Positions 1 through 28,256 of a DNA stretch of 64,000 bases are shown here, one piece after another; position 1 is the first letter of the stretch, and each line of letters begins with the position of its first letter. This DNA is from Haliotis rubra (lineage: Eukaryota): contig NW_025767523.1 in NCBI RefSeq assembly GCF_003918875.1, positions 2,728,001-2,792,000 on the forward strand. Reading direction: 5' to 3'. The notes beneath the pieces were generated by a model. That model was not told where the DNA came from. It was given only the letters and a program-made list of their open reading frames with translations, and made no database searches. The position numbers were made by a program, and so were the translations under genes.

Positions 1-16
1 AAAACAAATGTGAAAT

Positions 17-600
17 ATACTGAAGGTATAAAGTTCAGCCACACCCATATTTTTGTCAACTTGTTGAAAACTAAAGTGTGATAGCAATTAAATACATTAA
101 GAATACATATTCTCTTCCAATAGATAACGCAAAACGAGTTGCCAGTGAATGTGGCAAGGTTCTATATTTAAGAATGAAAGGTTAAACAAGCAAAAATCAT
201 CACATTGAAATGTGGGTGAAAATGACCACCTATCATTTGATAATGTTTATCTGGTAGCTAAGGAGGTATAGAGACTTTCCACTGGTGTGTCACAAACATT
301 AGTAGTTTGCATAACGTAGAAATCACTTACCGACATCTCTTCTTCATGGAAAACACGACTTTTCTCAAACCCTGCATTGGCAAGTTATTCCAAGGGGTAC
401 TTTGCTTACTAATCTCATCCTACACATCCATTGGGTTCAGATCAGGACTTGGTCACATATAAGGGATTCGATCCCGTGTTGTTGTTTGGTTTCCTGGGCA
501 ACCAGTGTACGATGGGGACAAGCGCTAACCTCCTGGTAAATGAATGCAGTCTCTGGATGAAGGATATTGGTATCTCCACTGATGTGACATCGATACTCTT
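17..600 (-). mobile_element. Decayed 3' end of a Tc1/mariner transposon
   Basis: Minus strand around 420-455 reads PSPDLNPMDV(stop)DE, a decayed SPDLNPIE catalytic motif. A TA-bounded TIR-like end lies at about 17-46. Confidence 0.55.
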
Positions 601-930
601 CACCAGTTAATCAATTTTTATTTCAGTACTATTGCTGGAATATTGCTAAATGCGGCGTAAAACCATACTCACACATTTATTTCAGTACTGAGGAGGCCAC
701 ATACCTTTAGTACATTTTCTTATCAACATGGCTTGATAAATGAAAACCGCAACATTTTGAATTACAAATTCATTTGAACAATTCAATGGAGAATAAAATT
801 TATGAATTGATGGATGGACAAAATAGAGTTCTTTAATATATATTTTTACGTACAGTATTATAAGCTGGGCATAGTAGAAGAAAATGATATTCGTCTTCTA
901 TAAACATTATTATTACAACATTTACAGATT

Positions 931-1150
931 CTATCCTCTCTTTTTATATTTTATAAACCTACCTTTTTCAATTAATAAATCATGAGATGAACAACGGAAA
1001 CGAGCTAAAGCTATTCTATGCTTAACATTAAATAACGATAAATAACGTTCAGTATAAATGTGTGTTTTAACGATTGAGTAATAATTACATTTTGTAGCTA
1101 CTGAAATTGTTTCCAACCATTTTTGCTGGTAAATATCTTTTAATCTTTGC
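931..1150 (-). mobile_element. Non-LTR retrotransposon ORF2 C-terminal fragment fused to a truncated Tc1
   Basis: QRLKDIYQQKW...RIALARFRCSSHDLLIEKGRF resembles the C-terminal tail of LINE reverse transcriptases. Confidence 0.6.
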
Positions 1151-2163
1151 GTGAATGTAATCGGGAGAAGGTGAGGCTGTAATACGTGGTTGATGTAACG
1201 TTGGGCTGTCAGGTTCCCTTCAACGATCACCAAGTCTGATTTCTGGTTGTATGAGATGGATCCCCAAACCATAACGCTTTCTCCGCCAAATCTGTCCCCT
1301 GTCGGACGCAGATGGGCGCAAAACGTTCATGACGTCTCCTATACACACGTTTCTTCCGTCGTGATGTTGCAAAAGAAAACGGGATTCATCAGAAAACCAG
1401 ATGCGCCTCCAGTTTTGTAAAGTCCATATCCTTACGTTGTTGCACCACCTGAGTCGTCGGCGGAGATGTAGGGGCGTAGTACAGGTCCAACAACTGGTCT
1501 ACAGGCACGTAAACCCGCTTCTTTCAGACGGTTCCTAATCGTTTGAGCTGACACTCTCCTCAAACCCTGGTATTTGTGTGGCAGTCACGGTTGGTAGGGC
1601 ATGCCGATTACGCAGGTGATGGACAAGGATGTACCGATCTTGAAGGGGGGTCGTGATTCTTGGCCTTCCACTTCTCGGGCGATCGTTGGTCAAATTGAAG
1701 TTGTTGTAGCGGCTCCAAAGTCGGGATATCGTTGTTTTGTGAACATTTAGGTGCCGTGCAACAGTTCCAAAACTTTCTCCGGCTTGAACACGACCAATGG
1801 CGATATTTCGGTCGGCAGCACTCAATCGTGGCATTTTTTCACACAGCTTTTCGGCGACAAATGAATGAATATAATACGAAAGCACATGGGCTTTTATACA
1901 CCCCTACATTAACTGCCATTTTCATGATTTGCATGTGTTTTTTTTGTGCGAAGTCACCATGAGGGTCATTTCATGCGTTGTGACGGAATAAGCAATAAAA
2001 TACACTTATGCGTACAAATGCAGTTGTTTGGATGGTAATCTTCATTAATTACGTGTATAATTTCAATACATTCGAATAACATTTAGTTTGGAAGCAATAA
2101 CTTCATTCAAACGAATTTTTCATATCTGAGGACAGGGGTTGCGTTTCTTTTTTGACAGAGTTT
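1151..2163 (-). mobile_element. Tc1/mariner transposon, 3'-truncated, frameshifted transposase
   Basis: HTH region MPRLS...TISRLWSRY...DRPRSGRPRITT, then WFSDESRF (first catalytic D) and VMVWGSIS...LTAQRYINHVLQPHLLP. TIR-like end AACTCTGTCAAAAAAGAAACGCAACC at about 2137-2162. Confidence 0.85.
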
Positions 2164-3830
2164 ATTTAGAAACAATGACGAAGTCACCAATCATTGTCAG
2201 TAGCACAATTTTACTGCCAACTTTGTGAAGTTGCTTTCTCGAGACATGGACCCCCTGCTGGGACCCCCATGGGTCACTGCCGTTTTAAGTACATGTATAT
2301 AAGAAGCTCAATGAAAAGGATTCTGCCTCGCCGTATTTATCAGAGGACGATCATCTCGCAGAGGTGTCTTCTTTCGAACTCTTACTTTTGTGGTACAAGT
2401 TGCTCGATGTCCTTTCAACGGCCAGTACCTGCTGATGTCAAAGCAATGCCTGTGTTGCTCACACATTTACCAGATAAATATACTGAAGAGGTTGATACTA
2501 TTTCAATGAGTGATGCCACATTTCATCCGACCCCAGCTAAGTGTTATGGAGGCGGTAGCTGTGTTTGGCTTCCTGTGTAAACAATCATGTATGGATTTGA
2601 ACACAATTTCACCGAGCTGTTGCAGACAATGTCTTCAATGAACAAAAGTATCTAATAATGTGCGTTGGGGGCGTTTCTGGTGCATACTTGAGTAGTACTG
2701 TAACCCTCTTGGAATACATCCAAAGTGATTACCCTGACGACACAAAATGTAAGAAATCTCCACTCTTCAATATGCTTTGACTTATTAAGAAATATAACTT
2801 GCGTGACCTGCTACAGATCTACATTCTGTCATATCATCAAAACCGGCCATGAATCGCTTCATCACTGAGAGGATAAAGCAAGACAAAATCGTTACAGACA
2901 AATCAGTCCGAAAGGATTTGAATAGATATGCCTTGATCAGACAACATGGTACACTGAATAGATGGAATCTAGCTATTCACGCTCCAGGCAGAATTAAAGA
3001 TTTATCAACAATAGCAAAACTCGGCGTCAGCGAAGTCAAATCCTGTTAATGCGAGTGTGGAAGAGAAGCAAATGACATTGTCAAACACATCCTTATGTTC
3101 TGCACTATCACTGAACTGTTTGAAAGTCTATGTTATGTCATTGATGCAAAGCCTACGTGTGGTTTAATGATGATGATTCATTGTCTTTTATGCGTGGATG
3201 TGTACCTGACTGTTTCTCGGATGTTCCATTTTAAACGTGGAGAGACTATGTTCCTTAAAACACGCTATTTGTATCATGTTTTGCAACCTCATTTCATTGT
3301 ATAGAACTTATGTGCATACCTCTTGCGGGAAAATAACAAAATGAAGGCAATCTATCTATCATCCTAACTACATCGTCCGTTGACTCAAATCTGAGATAGA
3401 TGTAAGAATGAAGTACAGGTAGATAGTCTTGAAAACTACAAAAACATGGAGAGTTATCTCGTTGTGTACATGTAAGCCTTGCCTTATGTCCTTAATACGT
3501 CCGATGTTACCATCAACAGATCTGCCCTCAGTCAGGTGACACGCTATCGAGACAATGGTGATACTGGTAAGACATGAAGCCCTTCTTCATTACCATTTCA
3601 TTTGTGGACCATCTCACAACATAAACAAAACAAGTGTTTGCCACTAACATGGCAATGCCGCCCGCCGCTAAAGAAGAATTAAATAAAACACATTTACTAT
3701 TTTTTATCTTTTGGTCACACAGATTACCTTTTGTGTGATGTAGTATTTAGTCATTGTTACTCTGAAGATATTTCAGGAAAATAGTAGCCTTGAATGTATA
3801 GATGCAGATACACATATCCACTGTTAATAT

Positions 3831-3945
3831 CAGGGCTGGAACGGGTCCAAATTTTCTACCCCGTTTACCCCACCCACTATTACCATACCCTGATACTCGT
3901 TTTGTTCATTCCTGGCATCAAATTTGTAAGAAATGGCAATATATA
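3831..3945 (+). mobile_element. Fragment of the hAT-like MITE also present at 48995
   Basis: CAGGGCTGGAACGGGTCC start and TTCATTCCTGGCATCAAATTTGTAAGAAATGGCAATATAT shared with 48995-49100. Confidence 0.6.
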
Positions 3946-3999
3946 CTGCAGCTCGGAGCCTGAGGGTGAACATTTTATGAGATATCACGTTTACATAAG

Positions 4000-4350
4000 T
4001 TTGAAAAGTCATCAAAGTGTCATGGTAACCTTGAAAATAAGGTCAAGATCAACCAAATCGATTGGTGTCTGCGTAATACCTCAATATAGGCCTACACCAA
4101 ATTTGAAGACATTGGGTACAACAGTGCTTGAGATCACATTAACAAGAGTTTGAAAAGTGGTCAAAGTATCGTGGTGACCATGAAGATAAGGTCAAGGTCA
4201 CCCAAATAGACTGGTGTCTGTGTAATCCCCCTGTGTTGGCTGTCACCAAATTTGAAGACATTGGGTACAACAGTTCACGAGATACCGCCTTAACAAGAAT
4301 CGGGACGTACGGACGGACGCTGCTGAATACGAAGTCCCCGGTGGACAACA
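4000..4350 (+). repeat. Tandem-repeat-bearing interspersed element (Helentron/HINE-like), partial
   Basis: Two ~155-bp units with GACCTTGAAAATAAGGTCAAG palindromes, followed by a GGAC microsatellite and a terminal hairpin GTCCCCGGTGGAC. Confidence 0.55.
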
Positions 4351-4354
4351 AAAC

Positions 4355-5510
4355 AAACGTTTGTCAACTCTCAAAACTACTTCAATTAGACTATGATAGA
4401 AAGTGGAAACACCAGCTGATAGAAACACTTCCACAATAATTAAACCTTACACTGTTTGATAGCGAATTTCCACTCAAGCTTTCAAAATCTGTACAGAATA
4501 TTTTCTGGAAAGATACTCTGAATGCTTTTGCCAATGATAGCTACAAAAATAAACCAAATACCTATGAAGATTTTCTTAGGGAACCCCTTTTGTATAACAG
4601 AAACATAATTATAGATGGCAAATCCTTTTACAGTAAAACATTTCATGAACATGACATTGTTAATATTCATTGTTTACTGAACGATGATGGTAACTTTATG
4701 ACACTTGTGCAGTTTTGCCATAAATTTTACTGAATTTCATGGAATTGTAAAAGCAGTTAGTAAGTACCTCAAAGCTACAGGCGTTGAAAAAACTCAACTG
4801 TGATGTTAGATAACCTTATAAACATAAATATGAATAATCTTTTTTCATGTAAAAAAGGATCAAAGAGCTATTTGCTGAAGGTGAAGAAAAATTGAAAATC
4901 ATTGAAAAATGGGAAGATGAAACTGATTAATTTTAACTGGAGCGATTTCCTTATAAAACCCTTTAAAACAACTCTTGATCCTAAATTAAGATGGATGCAA
5001 TATAGGCAGATTCACAGAATATTTCCAGTAAATACATACTTGATTAAAATGAATATTGTTGATAATAATCTTTGCACATTCTGTGGAAGTGAGCCTGAAT
5101 CTTTACTTCACCTTTTCTGGAACTGCAGAATAAGTAAACATTTTGGGCAAAAACTTTCTCAGTGGATTGAACAAAACTGCTCACACACAGGTATTATTAA
5201 TTTCCAGGTTGATCTGATCCTTTTTAGTTGTTCATCCACTTTTCAAACTGATGATATTTTTCATCTCATTTTGCTACTTGCCAAGTATCATATATATAAA
5301 TGCAAGCAGCAAAAGATATCACCAACCCTCTCCCATTTCAAGAAAGAATTAAGATACTTTTATTTGATTTTAAGCTAGACATTGTAAAAAAGTTATGCTT
5401 AATGACTTTGAAAGGAAATGGGCCATGTATTGAAACCTAACTAATGAAGAAACATTATGTATTCAGTAATTGGGTATTATGCTTTGGTGTGAATGAATGA
5501 ATGAATGAAG
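4355..5510 (+). mobile_element. L1/Tx1-like LINE 3' fragment (degenerate ORF2 end)
   Basis: ORF 4902-5378 has the zinc-knuckle motif CTFCGSEPESLLHLFWNC and LILLLAKYHIYKCK typical of ORF2 C-termini. Upstream part is frameshifted. Confidence 0.8.
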
Positions 5511-6124
5511 TATCATTATTAAGTTACTCTCTTGTAATTTATTCATTTACTACGTTTTTGTTGTTTTTCCTAAAATTTATTTATTTAATTTTACATTATT
5601 ATTTATTTATTTTTTTATGTGGATAAGATCTTTATTGTTGCGTTTAACAAGCTGTAGGTTCACAAACAGAGGGTTGTTTATAGAAATGATTTTGCATATT
5701 TTGATCAGTTCTAGTTCATATTTTGATTCACCAAGCTGGACGTGCCAGACTGTACTGATTGCGAGTGAAAAGGATTCACACTGCGAGTAGTAATTAATGT
5801 GGTTCAGCTCACAAGGACGTCACATGTGTAAGCAATCGAGTACTTTATGAGTAGGTGTTTAAGCCGTCGAGCTTCTGTTTCTGCGTCAAACACTAAGGGT
5901 TTCCAAACCTCTTCAACCTCCTTAACTCCATGGTGATGACAACGTTGACAGTTAACCTCCTCTGTGTCTCAGGACATTGTGATACCAAAGTGACTCAATT
6001 GTAGTGCTGAACATAACTGATTCTTTGTAGTTCTTAATGTGGAAATGTACTATTGCAAAATATGACGAAACAATCATGGATTGTTTTTAAGCTTGGTATT
6101 ATGATAATAAGGACAAAAAAACCC

Positions 6125-7098
6125 AAAACAAGCATTGTCACTAAGGTGACATAATCCCCCGCCGCAAATTATCAAATCAAACTTATAAAGTAATGAAAGT
6201 TTAAGATGAAGTTGAATGCCAACAAAAACATGACCAATCAACCTTTCTTGATATCTTGCTCTTTAGTTGTTCAAACACACACACATTTTCAACACTGACT
6301 TTGACATGAATGTCAGTGTATGAAATATGCAAAACTAGTACTAAAGTAATTGCTTATTGAAAAACATTCAAGGGAGGTCTTGAAAGTCTTTGAAGAAAAT
6401 CCAGTGAACCGTTCTTAAAATATCTTGAAGACAATTCAGGTTAACATGCTGATATCTTCAAAGTATCCTTGTGACCCTAAAAATTATGTGAAGGTCACCA
6501 AAATTGACTGGGCCCTGTGGCCTTCCCTAGATGAAGCTTGGTGTCAAATATGAAGAAAATCCACTGAATATTTTTTTGCGATATCTTGCTGACTATCTTA
6601 ACATGCAATTTAACATGCTGAAATCTTCAAAGTGTCTCTGTGACCTTGAAAATTAAGTGAAGGTCACCAAAATCGACTGGGCCCTGCGCCTTCCCTGGAT
6701 GAGGCTTGGTGTCAAATATAAAGAAACTCCAGTGAATGGTTCTTGAGGTATCTCGCTGACAAGCATAACATGTAGGTTAATATGCTGAAATCTTCAAAGT
6801 GTCGCCATGACCTTGGAAATTATGTGAAGGTCACCAAAATCGACTTTAATAATTGTTATTAAATATGAAGAAAATCCAGTGAACAGTTCTTGAGATAGCT
6901 TAACATGCAGGTAAAACGTTCAAGTCCCCTTTTGACCTTGAAATGAAGGTCAAGGTCGTCAAACCTGACTTCGACCTTTCTTATAGTGTGATGAATCTAG
7001 GCACCAAATATGAAAAGAATCTAGTGAACGGTTCTTAAGATATTCAAATTCGTACGGGATGGAGCCTAATTCTATGTTTAGCGCAGCGGGGATAAAAA
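6125..7098 (+). repeat. Helentron-associated (HINE-like) element with an internal ~145-167 bp tandem array
   Basis: About 4.5 units marked by AAGAAAATCCAGTGAA-like words at ~6392, 6552, 6720, 6867 and 7012. Subterminal IR ATCCCC(C)GC / GCGGGGAT, 5' palindrome TGTCACTAAGGTGACA, A-rich flanks. Confidence 0.65.
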
Positions 7099-7182
7099 AC
7101 AAACAACTCAAAATGGTGGTCAGAAAGTGACGTGCCACTATGGAACTGACATTCATTGCTTTGTGCATTACTATTCCCTATT

Positions 7183-7536
7183 CATCCTCGATAATCTCCA
7201 GGGTATACGTTACGATCACTCTCCACTATACCCTGGATGCATCCACGGCTTGGGGCGATGATTTTATTACCTCCCTTTAAAAAGAATATATGAAAGAACT
7301 CCTACTTCTTTCAGAGTACCTCTGCATCAATAATTGTGTTGCCAAGCTTAAACCGTTAGATAATTTAAGACGCGAAAGTGAGTAGTGATTGGTACGCTCA
7401 ACTTCCCAGCGTAGGCACCTGGCTGGATAAAAAGCCAGCAAAGGGAGGTAATAAAATCATCGCCACCAAGCCGTGGATGCATCCAGGGTATAGTGGGGAG
7501 TGATCGTAACGTATACCCTGGAGATTATTGAGGATG
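7183..7536. mobile_element. MITE with ~95-bp terminal inverted repeats
   Basis: 7183-7278 is nearly the exact reverse complement of 7440-7536. Confidence 0.85.
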
Positions 7537-8119
7537 TTCCTGATTGAGTAATTTTGCAATTCATCGTTCTCATTTGGGAGACTAACTGATAACATATAAC
7601 CCCTCCTAAGTCTGGCTGCAAATGTGCACACTAACTATGGGGTTTAACAACTATGCTTTAGGGTCCAATACCCCAGTACTGACTAAATGTTTCATTACAG
7701 GCTGTAGTTCTCACTGATAAGACGAGAAGCAGATTTTACTGCCACTTCGTAGACTCTTGCAAGGCATTTGACTAAAAGACTTTTCATCTGATCACGCCAA
7801 CATAAAATACTTTATCTGCTCGTGTTGGAACCTCTAAACGTACATATAAGTGTTTTACCCGTCACACTGGCAACCGTCAAGTCTGTTACAAGTCCACAAT
7901 TCTATATTATTCTTATCAAAAGGTTATATAGCCTTACATAAACAGGGTGGTCACCGTTACCCCTTGTATAAATGATCAATGTGTCTGCAATGCCCGCCCG
8001 GTTCACAACTGCAGAGAAGGATAACTGCACCGTAAAGTTACGATAAAACTGATCGCAGATGAAACAATATTCTTTCAAGGCATGACAAAAGACCAACACA
8101 CAACAAGATCACGATTTTT

Positions 8120-8125
8120 TTTATT
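8120..8125 (-). terminator. RACK1 polyadenylation signal
   Basis: AATAAA on the minus strand about 63 nt after the stop codon. Confidence 0.65.
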
Positions 8126-8188
8126 TCAAGCATAGCCTTGAAATTTTGCCCTGTTTAGAGCATTGACTGACATTTGTCATTTTCTTGT

Positions 8189-16748
<8,560 letters not shown>

Positions 16749-17247
16749 GGCGTTTTAGTCGCAGCTTTTACTGATAATAATGGATTATCAAAGCCCCCTA
16801 TGGAATCACGGCCATTGAGGTGTATGGCCGACCGGAAAAAGATCGATCGTACGGCGGAAGTTGCGCACCTAACGTCCACCAGAGGGTGCTGCGATTTGTA
16901 TCTCCTGTTTCGAAGCCGGGGCGGCAGGTAAACTAATTATCATATTCTGTCTTTATTACAACATGAACAACTTTCTTCCTCTGCAGTTAGATACATAAGA
17001 GTTCCAATAACCCACTGGAAATAGTTTGGTCTCAAAAGGCAGCCCTGTTTTATATTTAATAGAAACATTTCTTATGTGCATGTTGTTATGACGTCATTCA
17101 CGAAAAGGAAAATCAGCGGCCATTTTGTCTGGTCCTGATCGTACTATCGGCGTTCATTTTGTGACCTGGGAGTTTCTTCATATTTCAAATTTTTGTTTTA
17201 TTTCAGACATTGTTTCCCAAACTGCGGTTTAAATCAAATCTGTCCAG
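16749..17247. promoter_or_regulatory. Bidirectional promoter of RACK1 and PP2Ac
   Basis: TCT/5'TOP-type start CTTTTTCC (minus, 16834-16841), ETS-like GGCGGAAGT (16853-16861), CTCF-like CCACCAGAGGGTGC (16876-16889), CRE TGACGTCA (17089-17096), YY1-like GCGGCCATTTTG (17116-17127). Locally CpG-rich. Confidence 0.8.
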
Positions 17248-25034
<7,787 letters not shown>

Positions 25035-26038
25035 TGTGTGATGGAAGTGAGACTATAGAGATGGAGTTGAGGAATATTAAATTCTTCAAATACATAGACT
25101 TTGACACGAAGGCAGTACAAATTGTGCTTACTTCTTGATACTAATTAACGCAGGAAACTTGTGTTTGTCATTGGTTTCTTCCTTGAAAATCGAACAAATA
25201 CATCCTCTCATGAATATATAGAGCAATATTGCACCGCTGGCCACATAGCAGAACCTTGTGTGGCCTATGTAGTGCTTTCTCTATCAGATACTTTAAGATA
25301 TTGTCATCTTTTCTTAATTATTGATTCTAATGTGGGATCTCTTGTAATTAGATGTCAAAAATAGGGAGTATTATAATTATGCCACCAGATTATCTGCCAA
25401 GAATTTACAGATTAAATGTGATGTAAAGATAGAACAGTGCATGAAGTTAAACAATTATTTTCTTTTAAGGAAGGGACAAGATACAGATTCATCTCACAAT
25501 TGTGTAATTATTTCTTGTCAGTTTTTGTTATATTTTTAAAAATGTTTGTTACACAAACACTTTGTTGCTCCGCCAAATTTTTATTCGTCTTGAGTCCATT
25601 TACCATCTTTGTTGTGTAGTTAGGTGTGACAATCAGTTGTGACTTGCTTATATCGCTAACAAAATAATTGGTTAACAAGGAGGATAATTACATGTTCATT
25701 TCCCTTTTATCATAAGTATTCACCGGCTGTCCTCTGAAACATCCACACTGATTGTGTAATTCATTTGTGTCAAGAACGATAGACACACTGTTGTAAATCT
25801 GTGGACAGCAAAGATGACCTGTTCTTTCTGTGGATTTGTGGAAGTATTTATGGGTGGTATACATGTATATAGAAATCTGTAAATGGATTACAATGTAATG
25901 GTGTATTTAGCACAAGCAGCAGCAGCCAACTTGTCCTCCCATGTAGCAGTGCTCCCAGATCATCCCAGTTCATTTGATTTTGTCTAGCTGTTCAGAATTG
26001 TTTGGTTGCCAACAACTCATGCTATATCTATGTATGTA

Positions 26039-26044
26039 AAATAA
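26039..26044 (+). terminator. Probable PP2Ac polyadenylation signal (~1 kb 3'UTR)
   Basis: AATAAA preceded by TGTA words and followed by a T-rich tract. Confidence 0.55.
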
Positions 26045-26502
26045 ATAATTTTCAAAGACACTTTAATGTTTCATCTTTGAAACTCATTTCCAGCGAAATA
26101 ATTTAATATTAGATGGATTGTGAGAAGAGATCCAAGGTTAAATGTTTATTTGCAGTGTTGTCAGGCTGTGTTCCATCCAACAAGTACTTGTAAGGCATCA
26201 GCATCTACAAATCAAGCAGCTATGCACTCTGAGATTTGTGTGTAATGTCTGATCAAGACAGTCAATTGGAACCTAATTGTGACTAAAAATCAGGGTCCCG
26301 ATCAACAAAGCAGTCGTAGCTCTATTTACCATAGGCTTACAAATGTTGTTGCCCAACAAATGTTTTGTGGATCAGTTCATAGATGTTTTTACAACTGTTC
26401 CTCGTCAAGATGTATGAATATTTAAAGTTTCCTCTCAAAAATTCAATCCTATCTTATATGCCATCAAATTCAGACACAAAATCATCTATATATACATTTG
26501 AC

Positions 26503-26508
26503 TTTATT
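26503..26508 (-). terminator. Possible polyadenylation signal of the WBP1/VOPP1-like gene
   Basis: AATAAA on the minus strand after a long U-rich tract; would imply a ~3-kb 3'UTR converging on PP2Ac. Confidence 0.4.
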
Positions 26509-27739
26509 CACAAAATCAACATACAAAAATAGCTCAGACAAAAAAAAGTGCAGTATAGCACACCCATGCAGGTTAACCATCTTTTTTCTGCCTGGTACTT
26601 CCATTGGTTGGAAAAAAATACAGTATTATATTGGAGATTATCCTTCAAATTAAGTGACACATAGTTATTCTAAGGGACAAAATGAAACCGCCAAATTGTC
26701 ATCTTGACTGGAATTTCACAAAATGAATCATCTGGCGTTGGTTTTTATTCTGCCCCAGGTATACAAAAGAATCACAGCATGAAGGCTTCCAACCATTGTG
26801 AAGTTCCTTTCCTGACACACAGGAAACCAAAGTACTGCACACTTTTCAGAACTAGCTGTCATGATCAAGGGTTTTGTACTACCCTCTTCAGTCTATCAAA
26901 GATTCCTGATCAGGAATATCGACAATATCCCTAAAATTGTGATGGAAATATTTACAGACGATTGTCAAAGCCCCACATAGCTGGTCCAGTTATGTGAGTT
27001 AAAAACAAAGGATCACATTAAGTTCTTATCAATTATGCATAATGAAGGCAAAACAGTCAAGACGATAGCATTATTTATGAGGTGATACACAGTGGAGGGG
27101 AAGTCATAATTCACTAGTTATGTTAATTACTTGAAACAATTTTGTGGGAATAGACATATTAGTTGGTGGGTGACCGTTTCTTCATTAAATGGTTGGATCT
27201 GATAAATTTGCAGATCAATAGTTTTGTAATAGCATTTTATGCCCCTATGAAAAGTTAAGCAGCATTAGAAGAGGTTATATCAAACCAGCATATTCTGAAT
27301 AAATTTCTTGACTATATATCTGGGACATAAGTAACAAAGATCAAACAGACCGTCTCATTGCTTGGTTCGTGGCACGAGCCTGGTGGTTGAAGCTGGTAAA
27401 ACCCAAAGCATAACTTCACACAGAACCCCCACCAACCTTTACAATGTGTGAAGCCTTTATCCATTGCTTAATATATACCTATATACATGTATTCATGTCT
27501 GAAAATTTATGATTGACCAAAAGTAGTGCATCATTGAACACAAAAAAATATATCCTATGTGACTTCTTGCAGCAAATGAATATTAAGGATCAGTGGTAAT
27601 TTTTCTGTAAAAGTATCAATCTATATCAAAACTAAACTACTGGAATTTGTTATCGAAAGGCACAACTAGAAAATGTTTGCATTATTTTAAATGTGGTTGT
27701 TGGGAAAACCCTTTCAAGTTGCACTGTTGCCGGATATGA

Positions 27740-27940
27740 TTTGTTTTTTGGTGCTGATGCCGCACTCCAGCTAAATGGCAGCGGTCTGTAAAATAACCAA
27801 GTCTGGGCCAGACAACTATCTAGCCAATTGAGATAGGATGACGTGTGAACCAAGTCACCGAGTCTGACCACACCCGATCCTGTTAATCGCCTCTTACGAC
27901 AAGCATGGGTTGCTGAAGTTCTAACTTAGATCTTCATGGA
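27740..27940 (-). mobile_element. SINE family C, decayed
   Basis: Matches the 58836-59105 element. Confidence 0.75.
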
Positions 27941-28035
27941 TTGCGTGGATGTAAAAGAAATTTATACTTGAATTTCAGGTAACTGCATCTATCTATTTTA
28001 AACTAATTTTATCACACTTGTGTAAGTAGTTCAGA

Positions 28036-28256
28036 GTGAGTGAGTGAGTTTAGTTTTATGCAGCATTCAGCAATATTCCAGCTATATGCCGTCGGTCTGT
28101 AAATAATAGTCTGGACCAGACAATCCAGTGATCAACAGCATGAGCATCGATCTGCGCAATTGGGAACCGATGATGTGTCAACCAAGCCAGCGAGTCTGAC
28201 CACCTGATCACGCATGGGTTACTGAAGGCCAATTCTAACCCGGACCTTCATGGGGC
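28036..28256 (-). mobile_element. SINE family C
   Basis: (CACT)n tail; TSD AGTAGTTCAGA at 28025-28035 and 28257-28267; internal deletion in the head. Confidence 0.85.

Noticed and set aside
5640-6020. Possible decayed coding fragment on the minus strand
   Set aside because: Interrupted by stops, with no motif I can identify with confidence.
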